This document shows positions 1 to 25,300 of a stretch of DNA of 64,000 nt, piece by piece (position 1 is the stretch's first letter; every line of letters begins with the position of its first letter). The translations under genes and the position numbers were made by a program. This DNA comes from Mesotaenium endlicherianum (taxonomy: Eukaryota): contig WELA01000694.1 in NCBI GenBank assembly GCA_009602735.1, forward strand, positions 36,306-100,305, written 5' to 3'. The notes below the pieces were generated by a model, which made no database searches, was not told the DNA's origin, and saw only the letters and a list, made by a program, of their open reading frames with translations.

Positions 1-839
1 GGGGGGGGGTTTCTTTCTCACAAAAGGAAGAGCTGGCTAATATCTTATGCGGGGTGTTGGGTTCAAATCGAGTGTCCATTAATAGGAAGAGATCATCGTA
101 GCCGCCAGCCTTGTTGCTTCTGCCTTTCTGAGGCAGCGGACCCCTTCCAGTGGCTTTTGTGAGGTGCTTTGGTCAAGTGGTGCGCTAGTGAACCTTTCTG
201 AGTTGCAATTGTCCAGAAGTGTTCACATCATTCTCGAAACACGGCATGAGCTATAAAACATGAGCTCACGTCCAAGTGCAGGAAGGGCAGAGGTTGTGCA
301 CGCTTTCAAAGACTGCCTTCTGGTCAGCGTTCACGGCACGTGCCGCCGCCACGTGCCAGCGAACGTGCATGCCCCTGGTTGCTTCCGTGTGTGCCGAAGA
401 GCGCTGCTCCCCTCCTCCTCGGCCGTGCCATGGCCAGGAGGTGGCGCTGCCCCCAGCCGCATCCAATTGCCACGTGTCGAGCTTGTCTTGTCTGAATGTG
501 TGATTCGAAGAGCGAGCTGCCCAAAGAAAAATCTGGAGGAGTCACTTGGGGGGCTTGTATCACACGATGTGCTTCAGGGGAGCTCGCCGATCTTCCCCGG
601 CAGACGCCGTAGGAATGGCAAAGTGTCTCTGAGACATCCAAAGGGTTCCACTGGTAGCAACTGCATGCATGCACGGCGCAACTTGTGCACGGCGCGCATG
701 TATGTACGTGGATGTCTGAATCTCACGCTCTTCGCAAGCCATCACTCCTGGCGTATACGCGCACGCATACCCATGCACACGCACGTCACGTGCTATCTCT
801 GGAGTCTGAACCGCTTGTACGGGCGAGTGCGACGCGCAG

Positions 840-2192
840 GTGGTGCTGGCCTTCTCGCACTGCTTCTGGCCGGAGGGCCTCTTCGACATCGTCTTCGCCG
901 GTTGCTTCCTCCCGGAGATCTGGATGACCGAGTACCCCCCTTCCGAGGTCGAATCCTCCCCTCCTCCCCCCTGTCTACGCAGTCAAGGCCAAAACACTTG
1001 GAGGCATGGCAACAGCGGCCGCCCTTCTTATCAACAGCATCTCGGCAGCTCAGAGGAAGGAAGGCCCCTCCACGTGTCAGCCCGTCCCAGAACCGAACAC
1101 GTGAGCTGTCGGAGTGACCCGGGAGCTGCCAGCAGGGCAGCTGCCGCTTCAGAAGGGCCAGCTGGCTGCGCTCGACAGGCTGGCAGTGGTTGGGCCGTAG
1201 CCCCCCATGACCAAAAGAAGGAGGGGTGTGCTCGAGTTGGCATCATCCCAGTCCACAATCTGCAGTACGGAGAACTTGGGAGTGGGGAAGCAGGGGCCGG
1301 AGTCTTGCGGCGCTCCTCCAATGCTGGGAAAGGTGTCGATGCGAGTGGAGCTGGTGCCTGCTGCTGCTGCCGCCCTGATAGCGATGGCGGTGGCGGTCGT
1401 GGCTGCGGCGGCGCCGAGGGGAGCTGCAGCCGCGACGCGTGTGCCGGAGATTCCACCGCAGGCTCAGGCGGGAGGGAAGGTTCGCTCGGCCAGTTCGTGG
1501 CTGTTGGGTTTGTCGCGGGCGACGCAGCTGACGCAATCTCGCGCATGCCTCCTGAAGAGGTGGTGGGCCGCGCTCTGGCACAGCTGGACGAGGTCTTCCG
1601 CGCCCGCACGACTGACGGCGACGACGCAGGGGCGCCACCTGTCAGCCCCCTGCGCCTGGCAGCCTCAAGGGAGGGCCCCGGCAATCGACGCACCAATGGC
1701 ACGCTGCCACGTCACGCCGCCTGCTGCTGCTGCAGTTGCCCTGGACCGTGTTCTTCCGGAGCCTCCAGCCCCTTTCTCACCTCCACGTGTCAATCCTCCT
1801 TTTCCCGCCCCTGCACTCCCTCTTCCTGCCCCAGCGCCTCCTCTCTCGCTCGCTCCTCCTCCTCCTCCTCCTCCTCGTGTGCCATGTACGTGTACCCCAA
1901 GGACGACCCCTTCAACTTTGTGAACGAGCACGAGGCGCCGGCGTCGAGCGCATTCGCGGGCGCGTGCATCGCCGACTGGTCCAAGGAGCCCTTCACCCGG
2001 GGGGCCTACACGCACCCCACGGTGGGGGCCGACGGCGCACGAGACGCGCTGGGCTCGCCCGTGGCCGGCCGGCTCTTCTTTGCGGGCGAGGCGACGCACC
2101 CCGGGGTGAACCCATGCATGCAAGCCGCGCTGGACACGGGCGTGCGTGCCGCGTTTCAAGTTATGGCCGCATCTCGTAGCAGCAAGTTATGA
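840..2192 (+). CDS. Last exon of a flavin-containing amine oxidase (polyamine oxidase/LSD1-like fold); upstream exons not identified, probably outside the window
   Basis: Acceptor gcgcag at 834-839, then VVLAFSHCFWP...EIWMT, GFVAGDAADAISRMPPEEVVGRALAQLDEVF and the C-terminal FAD-binding signature DWSKEPFTRGAYT...GRLFFAGEAT...MQAALDTGVRAA; TGA at 2190-2192. Confidence 0.85.
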   Translation: MVLAFSHCFWPEGLFDIVFAGCFLPEIWMTEYPPSEVESSPPPPCLRSQGQNTWRHGNSGRPSYQQHLGSSEEGRPLHVSARPRTEHVSCRSDPGAASRAAAASEGPAGCARQAGSGWAVAPHDQKKEGCARVGIIPVHNLQYGELGSGEAGAGVLRRSSNAGKGVDASGAGACCCCRPDSDGGGGRGCGGAEGSCSRDACAGDSTAGSGGREGSLGQFVAVGFVAGDAADAISRMPPEEVVGRALAQLDEVFRARTTDGDDAGAPPVSPLRLAASREGPGNRRTNGTLPRHAACCCCSCPGPCSSGASSPFLTSTCQSSFSRPCTPSSCPSASSLARSSSSSSSSCAMYVYPKDDPFNFVNEHEAPASSAFAGACIADWSKEPFTRGAYTHPTVGADGARDALGSPVAGRLFFAGEATHPGVNPCMQAALDTGVRAAFQVMAASRSSKL

Positions 2193-3537
2193 TCAATCTG
2201 TAGCTTATTAGGGGGGGGGGGTTGATAAGTTTGTGGCTTTGGGGTGGGGGGGGGAGGGCGGAATAAGGTGCGCTTCGATGGTCACCACTTCTCTTTCAAT
2301 GTGCGTCGCATCTGCGTCTTTGAGGGTGTCGGAGGAGCCAGCATCTTGCCCATGCTTAAAAAAGTATCGTGAGTGCTCTCAAGAGCATCTAGAGCATGCT
2401 GTAATATCCTTGTATTCAACAATAAATATCGAGCCATGGTGATGGACAAAAAGCATTGTCCACGATATTCACTAATTTGTGGTTTATTCAATGCACGAGT
2501 CTTGCAAAAGTGTCTTGATTAGCAGCATTGACCACGAAGACCTTTGAAACGTGCAACATTCGGACCAATCACAAACAATAAGTAAAATTGACTTATAAAA
2601 ATTTTGATGATATGACGGTCAAACATGAAACCAGTTTGGAAGTTTTGAGGGCACTGTTACTTTGAATTTTAGTACTGAATAATAATACTTTGAATGTAAA
2701 ACTTTTTCTGAAATTTATTTCGGGATTGTCATCCCAGGAATTGAAATGTGGGAAGGGTCAGATAACGTCAATGGCAGGGGTTCTAGAAAATTACCAGCCC
2801 CTCGCTAGTAAGTTTTTGAGAAAGCTAGGTTTTTCCCGTTGCGTCATGGATCATAAATGATTAACAATTTTGAAGACAAAAAAATCATATCGTACTTATA
2901 TTATATTTTATGTCAAGAAACCAGAAACCAGGAACCAGGAACCAGCTGAGAGGTATATATATGTCTTTGTTGCTGATTAGGAGTGACTTGAGATAAGTGA
3001 TGTATTACTTGAGACGCTTGGGGCTGTTTTGCATGACATTACAAAGAGAAGCAGCAACCGTTCAAAAAGCGACGTTCCACGTTCTTACAGTTTGGATGGT
3101 CATTTCGACGTGAAATAGGATTTGAGCTGATACATAGCAGTACATGTCAGTATGTAAATATATTCGACCTTCGTTCAGATGTGTGTACGAGCTCAGTGCG
3201 AGCCGATCTTGAGGCTGTCAGCGGTGGCCGGCCAGGACACGCATGGTAGATGGGGAGGACTTTACTCGTGAGGCCACGTCTACAAGTTTCGAAGCTCAAG
3301 CTCAACTCGAAGCTGGCATCCTCGCAGCGTGGTGGAGTTGGATGGAGTGGGATGGAATGGTGATCGGAGTGACGAAGATAGCCAGCTTTTCAACTTGATG
3401 CCTTAGCAATATTTTATGTGCCTGTCAATAAGTACCTGACGAGCCATAGAACAGTACAGGAGCAGGTACGCGTGCATGCCCGAGCTCAACTGATTTGCCA
3501 CTGGCTTTCTGAGCGCTCGTTAGTCCTGAGCTCAAAA

Positions 3538-5980
3538 ATGGCTCAATGCTTGGGCTCGCCAAGCATTGCTGCTTCTCTTTATGCCTACAGTGCCGCGCGC
3601 CAGAGCCCATCCGTACTGAGCTTGGCGAATCCTAAGAGTGCGTGTTCTCTGGCTTCCAGCTCACATATCTCCAGATTACCTCCATGTGAGCTTGCAGGCA
3701 GGTATTCCAGCTCTCGCCACTGTAGCAGTAGCCAGCGTAAGGGTAGCGTTCGGTCCGCCAATGCAGACAAAACTGGTCTAGTCAAAGCCTTGAGCCGCCC
3801 AGACCCTTCGAGCCAGGACGAGGCAGATGGTTTTTCAAACGTTGCCGCCCATCGGGAAGAGACCTCGTCTCATTTGGGACAAAGTTTCAGCCCTGCAGCC
3901 TCTGTGGATGCTATGGTTGTCCCGAGGAGGTCCGTGCTGACAACAGCTGCCACCTCAGCAGCCTGTGTAGCATACGCCGCGACAGGGCCTGTGGCCGAGG
4001 CCTTAGCGGGCTCAGAAGACACCCCCCCTGCTTTGGAAGGCAGCCAATCAGGGGCTGACTTGCAGCTCCCTGCGTGCCCCGAGGGGTCAACTGTGAGGCT
4101 CTCGATTTTGGGCAAGTGTGGGCTGGGAGTGTCCGTCTATCCCGACTTTGTGTACAATCCCATGGGGGGAGGAGGCGAGGGAACAGCAACGGACGTGGGA
4201 GATGGAAGGATATTCATCAAATTTGACCCACGGACGGTCAAGATTCCAGCTGTCGAGGGGAGCACGACCACGCTTCTGGGGGTGCCCCTGCCGCCGCCCA
4301 TCAGGATCGACATCCTCCCAGAGCGCCTGGAGGGATTTATCGAGCGGGCCACCGGCAAGGTGCGAGCACGATGCGCCATGTGTCCGTCTGCTGTCCGTCG
4401 CCTGGCTGCTTTGGCCTGCGCGTTCGCCTCCTTTCACCTTGGGGCAGCACACAAAATTCTGGTGGGAGGGTGGGAGCGTGGGAGGGTGGGCCGGTGGGCG
4501 GGTGGGCTCTGCGGAGACGCAAGAGGGCATGAGAGAGGGGAGTAGCGCGCATGGGGGAGTCTCGCAACTTGCACATGCAAAGAGAGAGTGTGCTTAAGCG
4601 ACGAAGGGCTTATGGCTGAGATTCTTAGAGGCTCTGGAGGATGATGCTGCTCGAGAAAGCTCCCAAAGCTAGAAGCGATCAAGAATGTGGAGTATGGCCT
4701 GCCAGCTAAGGGGAGCTCTCACACCAAACTCGTATCCTTTCGCTCGTAAGGGCACGGCATGCACGCCCTTGCTGGATGGGACGTACACGCTTTGCTGGTG
4801 TGCTGGCAAGAGAGTAGCCGGCGCTGCAGCGCGTGTAGCAGCAAGCACATGAGAGGGCGGGAAACTTCGCTTGAAAAAGGCGCCAGTGCGGGCATCAAGG
4901 AGGCGCAGCGAGACCATTGCACAGCCCTCGGCATGGAGATTCCGCCTCCCCTCTTTAGTTTGTTTGGATGACTTGGGGCCGTCTGTAAATTACAGTCAGT
5001 AGCCCAGCGGCAGTAAAGGGGGGGGGGAAGGGGACGGGGGGGGGCGATAGTTGCACTGTTGGCAATCGAACAAAGGGAGAGTCTGGGAAACAAAAAACAG
5101 CGAGGCAGCGCCACAGCAGAAGCCTCCTTATATGGATGGCGTGGATGGCAAGACACTTGGGGAGGGTAGTTCCTTCTAGAAAGACAGTCTCATGGATACC
5201 CTCTCAAGGTGCCACTTGGCGCCCAATGACAGGCTTGCCATTCAAACGGCAACCCCATGTACATCGGCCCACCGCTTCGCCCACCTGCAGCGGGTGCGGC
5301 TGAGCTCTCATTTCTTTCCACCTCATCTCATCGCCGTTGTGCCTTACTTCTCCTTGACCGTCTCCTTCTCTGCCTCCTCTGCCTCCTCCGCCTCCTTTGC
5401 ATCCTCCCCTTCCTCCTCCTCCACTTCCGCCTCCTCCTCTCTCCTACCTCCTCCTGCCCTCCTCATCCTCCACGTCCTCCTTTCCCCCCCCCACGCCTCC
5501 TCCGCCTCCTCCTCCTCTGCCGCGGCGCGCCCACGCCGCGTTCACTGACCCGTGCGCGCGCACGCCCACGCCCGTGCACACAACAAAGCTGTGATGTGCG
5601 TGCAGGTGGAGCTGGTGTTCCAGGCCAAGTTCTTCTTCTCCACGGGGCCCCTGTACCGCGCGCCGCCGCTGCTGGTGGACACGCTTCTCACCACTGAGCA
5701 CTCGCAGGGGGTCACGCGCAGCGCGCAGGGCCACCGCCTGGACCCCCAGGGGGCCTGCAAGATTGTAGGCACCGCACGCGTGCCGCCCGTGGACGACGCT
5801 TTTCTCACGAACTTCCTGATGCTCCCCGCGGACGTGCTGGCCGCGCTGCCCGCCCGCTTCGAGTTGATACCTGCGCCGGCAGGCGCCGCCGCCCCCCCCG
5901 CTCCCGATCCCCCGCAGGAGGTGCTGGAGCTGGCGCTCGCCAGGGGGCAGTTTGACCTGTACCATAAGCTTCTCGTGTGA
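3538..5980 (+). CDS. Two-exon conserved plant-type protein of unknown function, probably plastid-targeted (exons 3538-4359, 5606-5980)
   Basis: ATG 3538; Ser/Arg-rich transit-peptide-like N-terminus; donor AAG|GTGCGA at 4360, acceptor tgcag|GTG at 5605; spliced frame reads ...CGLGVSVYPDFVYN...LGVPLPP...ATGK|VELVFQAKFFFS...YRAPPLLV, resembling a conserved plant/cyanobacterial uncharacterised family from memory. Confidence 0.75.
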
Positions 5981-7370
5981 TTAACGCTTGTTTCTTTGTA
6001 TCCATACAGCAGGGGCACGGACTTAGCAGTCTGTGAGTGTGCACACGTTTACCCGTATGTGCATGCAGCGTGCGACATGCGCTGATGTAGTAGTGAATGG
6101 CTGACGGGTGCCTGCCAGCCAGGGGCGGGTAGCCTCCCAGGTCTGCACAGCCCGGGCTCTCCAATTGTCCGCCCCTGGGTGCCTACAAGCGTGTTTGTTT
6201 TGAGCTGTTGGCTCTGCTGCTGCTGCTGCGCAATGCAGCCAGCTCGTCTCGACATCCTTCAACTTTTTTTCCCTCCTTCAGCTCGATCCTGGCAGAATAC
6301 AAGGTCTCCAGCTCTATTGGCCATTTACTGCCTCTGGCCTCGTCAGGAAGGGGTGGGTCAGGCACTGCCAGCGAGCACTGATGGGGCGCAGCTGGCCTCC
6401 ATCAGTTTCTACAGTATGTAGGAGAGTACTGAAGCAGGGAATGCTGCTCATTGATCCCCTCTGCATGCATGGGCAGCTTTCCAACACACGTGTCGCCTTT
6501 GGATGTGCATAGGGCAGGATTTTGGAAACACTTGTGTAAATTCTTTTTGACATTTGTATGTCATGAGCCAGCATATATGGCACTTACGAGTACACCATGC
6601 TCAAGTGTACAGCTTGCCAATGCCAATGAGCACTTCCTCGATCATTTCTGAACGTTCATTCCAACTAGTGCTGATGTGAGCCATACGTCAGAAGTGGTCA
6701 AGAGCAAGTTCCGCGACATGACGTATTTGTCTGTTTGAGGTCATAATGTGAAAATAGATGCAGGGTTTTCGCACTACTTTCCATTGACTAACTCCTTGAT
6801 AAGAATTTTTAAACATTTTCCCCTGTTTTTTGTCATAAGGCCATATTAACCTCTTTGTAGCAAAGCCTGCCGACCTGACTTGTATTGCCTAATACTGCTA
6901 ATGCACGCCCCACCTCTTATACCTATAGATGACACACGCTTGATTTTCGTCAAAAAGTCAAGTTGATTACAATTCAATTTGGTACAACCAGGCACGACAA
7001 TTAACTACAACTTCAGGGTGCTATCAGCAAATGATGGACTATGACAACAGCCACCCTGAAAACACATGTTTGATACCTTAAAGCAGTACCATCCAGTGTA
7101 ACCCCAATTAATCCCCAGTCCCCAGTATGACGAAGGCCCCTGTACAAATAAACTGCTAACGACTACATTCAAAGTGAAGTAAGTCCACTAGGCTATAATT
7201 TTTCCCAAACAAAGAGGAGCTCAGCTCTGCACCCCCATATACATGAGTGATGAGCCGACCTACCATTAATGCTGGGATTTAGAGGCCAGTGTGCTGGTTT
7301 GCGCGCTTCTCAAATGGGTCTACTATGCGCCAATCTTTTATTCCCGCGCCTTCTACTCCCGCATCATATA

Positions 7371-18782
<11,412 letters not shown>

Positions 18783-20374
18783 TTTCGCCTGACTTCCTCC
18801 AGATATCCTTTTTTGGCTCACACAAGTCATGCAGAGCAGCTGCAGCTGTCTCCCCCGGCACCCTGATTCGCCCTTCTCTGATAGAGACACTTAGTACAGG
18901 TCCGGTTGCATGTGTTCTCCTGCCTGACGAACTTCAGTCGGTGTCTGCCTGCTTCAAAACTGTACCAGACTGTCTGAGGTCTGTAGGCTACCTCCAACGA
19001 AGGTGGCAAATGACAGTCAAGGATGGGTGTTGCAGAATATTGAAGACCATAATCATGTCTCATAGTTGCTGCATTTTTTAGGGCCATCGAACGCGAAGTG
19101 ATCAGCTTGTTCCTCATTTGTCTAGAGAACTTCAAAGAAATTCTTTCCAGACTTTTAGGTACTTTAGTGGTTGATAAGGTTAATGTGAGTCCCGTTCTAT
19201 TAACCTTGGATGCAACAGGGTGCAAGGATTGATCTCCGTACACCAAATGCTGGCTTTGGTAGGGGAAATAGTGAGCGCATCTCCAGGCCATTGTTGGACC
19301 CAAAGACCTGTTCTATGATTCCAGCCCCATGCAAGTCGTGAAAAAGCACCACGTACGTTCTATGAGCAACTAATGTCCGCATAGGTAATGATAACCAGTC
19401 TTCCTTCCATGAACGCGGGGAGCGGGCGCTTATTTCATTCGGTTTTTTTGACAACTTCAGTGCCGGAGTTTCAAGTTCTCGAACGTAACCAACTTTCGTT
19501 TCATAACGCTATGTGGGTGGTATGATGCAAATTCGTCATTCTGAGATTTAGACCGAGCGCAAACTTTTTGAGAGGACAATATTGGCAAGCAGGGCTTGTG
19601 TGTTACCATGCCATTGGCATCCATTCAGACAAGTATACAGCGAAGTCGAAGGAGAGCCAATTCGAGCCGTAAGCGAAAACCAAGCTGAGCCGGCGAAGGC
19701 CTCCAGCAAAACGCCATTGTTTGAACACTCCCGCATAGGGACGGGCACAGCCCGCCCAGCTTGTTATCGAAACTTGAAAGGTCGACGTCATGCCAATGGT
19801 ATCGACGTTTGACGTCATTTGACGTGTATGCGAAAAAGGGAGCAAATACCAGTGTGGGGAGGCTTCTTTGAGGGGTTGCACAGCTTGAAGTTGCGGAGTT
19901 GCTCGCAAGTATGCGGAGCAGAAGAGGCAAGTATGGTCAAGAATGTGTTCAATTAAGGAGCCGATTGAATAACTTGATTTTAATTCGATATACCTGATTT
20001 TACTTCGTTGTACTTAATTTTACTTGAAATTTTACTTACATACTAATCCCTCTCCATGACGTTAGGTGTCGTTAGGACATGGTAACTTGTCGTTGACGGA
20101 ACGGTTCTCAGCTTGGTTGCTCTGTGTGCTTTGTATTGTGCTGCTCTGCATGCTCAGTCGTCCAGCAAAGCCTCGCGGAGGTACTTGAATCCCACTTGGG
20201 TTTGCATGTATGGGACCGGGAGTGACATGCCTGCGTTTGCTTTTAACTACAGAGATTTTGACGTGGTGAGGTGTAGCCCAATTAGTCAAGGGCGTCGTTC
20301 TGATCACATGCATCTCGTCAAGCACCACGCGTCCTTCTTGTCTGCTACAGTTTGAAATCCCCTCGATTACGGCA

Positions 20375-22255
20375 ATGAATGGACTTGCCTCGAAGGTATT
20401 AGATCTGAACGTTGTAACCCTCTCCTCTTCAGGTGAGACGGAGGTAGAGGCCGCTAGTGACCATTTACCAGAAGTGACCTCCGTAGCAGCTTCAGTGACG
20501 GGAACCGAGTATTTGAAGCACATAACTTCATCTAACCCTGAGGCTTCACCGGGAAGAGGCCTTTTGATATCTCTCTCAGGGAGGCCTAGGGACACTAGCA
20601 AGCGTTCTTTTGATATCTTCAACGACGCGGGACTTAGACAGGTGTCACAGAGGCAAAAAGCCTGGAGAGATGATATTTTTCAGTGCCTTAACAATATTGG
20701 GGGAGAGCTTGCTGCAGTCATAGGGCAACAGACTGATGCAGCTTCGTGGGCTCCCAAGCACTCAATTGGCGCCTTCAAATCAGTTGCCTGCTCCCAGCAA
20801 AGTGAGAACCAGAGACAGGAAAAGCTCTTAGATTTTCTAAGCTTATCGTCCAGTGTGGATGCAGGGGACGTTAGTTACACGTTCTCTGACAGAATGGAGA
20901 GCGGTTGGGGTCAGAAGGGGCGGAGAGGTGTTGGCGGACTTTCCAGCAATTTCGCGGCGCCTCCTCCTGCAGGCGTAGGCAAGAGTGTGAGCAAGATGTG
21001 TGAGAGTGACAGAGGGGTGGCAACAGATAGAGGGGGAGGCAAAGGGGGCGAGCTGTGCCTTCAGGGGAAGATGGGCGCCACCTGTGAAGAGGAGGATAGC
21101 GATGACGATTGCTGCATCTTGGATGGGGACCCAACCCTAAAGGTCGAGAAGAGGGAGGACACAAGCGAGGAGGATGACATCGTTGTCACTGGCGAGAAGG
21201 GCCCCGTGAGTTGCTCTGAAACCTGGGTGCCTCTCTGTTTGACCTGCTTCACCTGTCCCGCGGTCTATCGGTCAGTAGGTGCTGTGTCTGCGACAGGAGT
21301 CCCTTGGGCAGGAGTGAAACCTAGAGGGGGCTTGTGGTTTGTCGGGGGGGAGCGCGAAGGGGGTTTAATATTTCAAGTAAACTGTCAGAAGAACTATCTG
21401 CTTATGCCAAGTTTACTAGCAGTCAAAGCGGTGCGGTGCCTTGGGGCTGCCAGCTGTGTAGCACAGCTGGTGGTCCTCTTCCAAGAGACTAGGGTTATTA
21501 GGGGTTGAACTCTCTGTCATCCAGCAGCTGGATAATGATGGCCAAAGGCACGCCGTCTGCTCCAGCAAAAAGAAAATTTTGAAGGAGGGAGAGAATAAGG
21601 CTGGTTCTATTGCCGCCTTTTAGTAATTCCACCTGTCAGTGCTGTACTCGTAAGAAATTTCAGCCAGCACAAGCGCTACGGTGCCAGACGGTAGCGACAC
21701 CTGCCCTGCGGCGGACGTGCTTATGAGCTTCCGTGGCACATAAGGACAGACTCGCGGCAGTCAAATCGCCTCTCTCCAGCTACCCACGAGCAGGATCACG
21801 TTAATAGTCATTGGGGGTCTCAGAATTAGCTTTCTCGTGGGTGTTTGGAGACGTTGTGTGTGTGTGTGTGTCTGTGTGTCTGTGTGTCTGTTTGTGGGTT
21901 TGTGTGTATGACACTGATCAAGGAGACTGTGGGCGCGGCGCCTTTGCTTCTCACAGGTGGCATGTCGTGACTACCCGCATGCGAGGCACAGTTGTGCGCA
22001 ATTCCCCTTTGCCACCTTGCCGCACCAGGAGCATTGTCCGCAGGTGCGTGCGTCCACCTGTCCCCCCCCCCCCCNNNNNNNNNNNNNNNNNNNNNNNNNN
22101 NNNNNNNNNNNNNNNNNNNNNNNNNNNNNNNNNNNNNNNNNNNNNNNNNNNNNNNNNNNNNNNNNNNNNNNNNNNNNNNNNNNNNNNNNNNNNNNNNNNN
22201 NNNNNNNNNNNNNNNNNNNNNNNNNNNNNNNNNNNNNNNNNNNNNNNNNNNNNNN

Positions 22256-22337
<82 letters not shown>

Positions 22338-25300
22338 AGAGTGATGGACACATACGCATGCACAGATTGCAGAAGAGGATTCCAGAGATAGATTGCAAGC
22401 GTATTTGCATGAGCACTGATTCACCAGGACCAGCTGTCCTCACTGGACTTTTGAAAGCAACCCAGTGGGTGCCCAAGGAGAGGAGGGACAGCAGCCAGAT
22501 GTTAGTCCTTGAGCAGGCTCTAGCCGTTTCAGGACTTTGCTGGAGGGGGGCACCACCTGCCACTTTCTTGAAGTCATTGAGGGTGTAAGGGAGTGGCTCG
22601 GCTGACTTAGAGCTTGCTTGTGCATGCATGGCTCCAGCATGTGATGCTTGTGAGGACTGGGGGGGCTGGGGTAATGTGATTTTTTTTTGGGTGGNNNNNN
22701 NNNNNNNNNNNNNNNNNNNNNNNNNNNNNNNNNNNNNNNNNNNNNNNNNNNNNNNNNNNNNNNNNNNNNNNNNNNNNNNNNNNCCCCCCCCCTTCCCCCC
22801 TCCTCCTGCAGTGCCACTGCTACGTGTGCGACCAGGTGGCGCCATGCTTCATGTGGGGCGACGGCACGCGCACCTCCGACCACTGCCACGCGAACGACAA
22901 GAGCTCCCAGTGGAAGCTGCTGCGCAAGTACAACCGCAGCAACCCCCCCCTCCTCGCGCCGCGGGGGGGTGCTCCGCGCGGCCCCGCCGGCGCCCCTCCC
23001 CCTCCTCCCCCTCCTTCTCCTCCTCCTGCTGCAGGTGCTCCGTCAAGTCTGCACCCCTTCTTCAACTCCTTCAGCGGCGGGTACTCGGACCGCACCAGTC
23101 AAAGCAGCAGTCAAGGTCAAGGTCAAGGTCAACGGCGCCGCCCTGGGGAGGCGGCCCAGGGGCGCGAGGAGCAAGGCAGCCGCGGGCGGGCGGCGCAGCC
23201 GACGGCAGCGGCGCTGGCACGGCCGCCAATCACGGGGCTCTGCGACGCGGCGCCCGCGCTCTTTGCCAGGGCCTGGGCCAACAAGAGCAGCAGCAGCAAC
23301 TGCAACAGCAACGGCAACGGCAACGGCAACAGAGGCAGCTTCAACCTGGGGCTGTCGTTCTCCATCGACAACCTGCCCGCCTCGGCCCCGTCCTCCGCCC
23401 CTGCCCTGCCCGAGGTTGTCTGGAGCGCCACCCATTCTTTTTCGGGGGGGGGCAGCACACCAGCGCCCTCCGCTGGCCCGGCGGCAGGTGGCGGGCAGCG
23501 GGGAGGCGTGGGAGCAGGAGGAGGAGGGTCGGGCCCGCCGGCCGCAACGACCACCTTCTGCGGGCGTCCAAATTCCGTCTCTGTTCCTCCTCTCCCTCCT
23601 CCGCATGTGCCCGCTTCCACTCCTAGCGGCGCTGCATCTGCCTTGGCTAGCGGTGGGCGGCGGCCAGGCGAGGCTGGGGGCACGAGCTGGATGGACTCGG
23701 TGCTCGGTGGCAGCCCAGAGGCCTGCCAGGTGTCGGCGCCTCAGGGGAGCGCCTGCCAGCCGGCGGCAGCAGCCGCAGACGGTCCCTCCACTGGAATGGG
23801 CGCTGGTGTCGCCTCCTCGCAGGTAGATTTTGACGCTGCTGCAGGCGGGTGTTGGGGCGCGGAGGAGCGGGCGGCAACAGGTGGCAGCGGTAGATGCGAT
23901 GGTGATGCGCGAGGGGGCGGCGGCAGGAAGAGGACGAATCAGAGCTGCGTGCTGGACATTGCCTCGGGAGAGCTGGAGGACTTCATGGCCAGGCTGCGGC
24001 AGTTCAGCCAGCTGGCAGCGCCTGCGAGCACGCCGCCGCCACCTGGCACGCAGCTGGAGGGAGGGACCGCAGACGAGGACGGGCGGGAGCGGGGGGGGCG
24101 CGAGCAAATGTTGCCTTGTTCTTCCTCCCCCCACCATCCAATGCCCCCGTCCTCTGCCCTTCGTTCCCTCGCTCACTATTCGTCCCCTGCGAACTTCAGC
24201 CCGGCCCCCACGGGAAATGGAGGGAGTGGAGGAGGCTACTCCACGCCTTATGGGGACAGCTTTCATGCCAACATCTCTCATGCGCCTCCTTCTGCCCCCG
24301 CACCTGTGCCCCCGGAGGAGCCCCCTCCGTACGTCCCCCCTCCCCCCCCTTCACCCCCGCCAGCGGTGGAGGAAACGACAGGTGGCCACGCCACAGATTC
24401 CACCCAGCAGATGTACAGCTGGCTGTCTTCGCTGGGCGATGCCAGGAGCGGGTTTCCTCCGCACTCAGCACCGCCAGGTGTCACGTTTGAGTGGTCTGGA
24501 TTCAACCCCCAGGAAACAGCACAGGACCTCAGCAGCCTGCCTCCTGCTGATGGTGCTAGTGGTGGTGGTGGAGAGTCGGGTGCAGGGGGAGGGGTAGGGG
24601 GTCAACTGGGTCAACTGCTCGGCTTGTCCTCCTCTGCCGACGCGCCGCCCGGCGACTACAGCCATGGGTGTTACGACGCTCAGCCCCCCCCTCCGGGCGT
24701 TCAGAGCGAGGCTCACACTCACGGTCACTCCCCCCCCTCGATGCAGCAGCAGCAGCAGCAAGGGGGGGGGGCGGAGGAGGCGGGGTGCGGACAGCTGTAC
24801 ATGCAGCAGCTGCAGCAGCAGCAGCAGCTAGGGGGCGTCTTTTCGGATGTGAACAACAGCAGCAACAACAATAATAGCAGCTATGCCAACGGAACTGGCA
24901 AATCTTCCTCCTATGGGCACGCCAGCGGCGCAATGCCGCCCGGGTTCCATCAGGGGCAACAGGGGGGCAACGGCAGCTTTTTCGGTCAAAGCCACAGCAT
25001 GGGGCTGAACCTGAGCCTGGGCCTGGACCAGGGTCAAGGCCTCGGCCAAGTGCAGCAGCAGACGAAGGTCCAGTACGTTCCGCCGGAACAGCAGCAGCAC
25101 CACCACCGCCACCACCAGCATCACCACCACCACGCGGGTCAACCCCCACCGTTCTTCGCCCCACCGCAGTTCATGTACCATCCCCAGGCGCATCCCGGTG
25201 GTCACAACCAGGGCCAGGTGCATGACGCTTACGCCCCCCAGCAGCAGCAGCAGCAGTATCCCCAGAGCTGGGCGCATGTGCCTCATGCTGACGGGGGGCA

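Noticed and set aside
2776..2808. AGGGG...CCCCT hairpin followed by CTAG, like a Helitron 3' end
   Set aside because: Weak stem, atypical spacing and no second copy or 5' end.
19607..19826. Short inverted match (ccattggcat/atgccaatgg) and clustered TGACG words between the divergent genes
   Set aside because: The match does not extend and has no TSD; short motifs alone do not establish a regulatory site.
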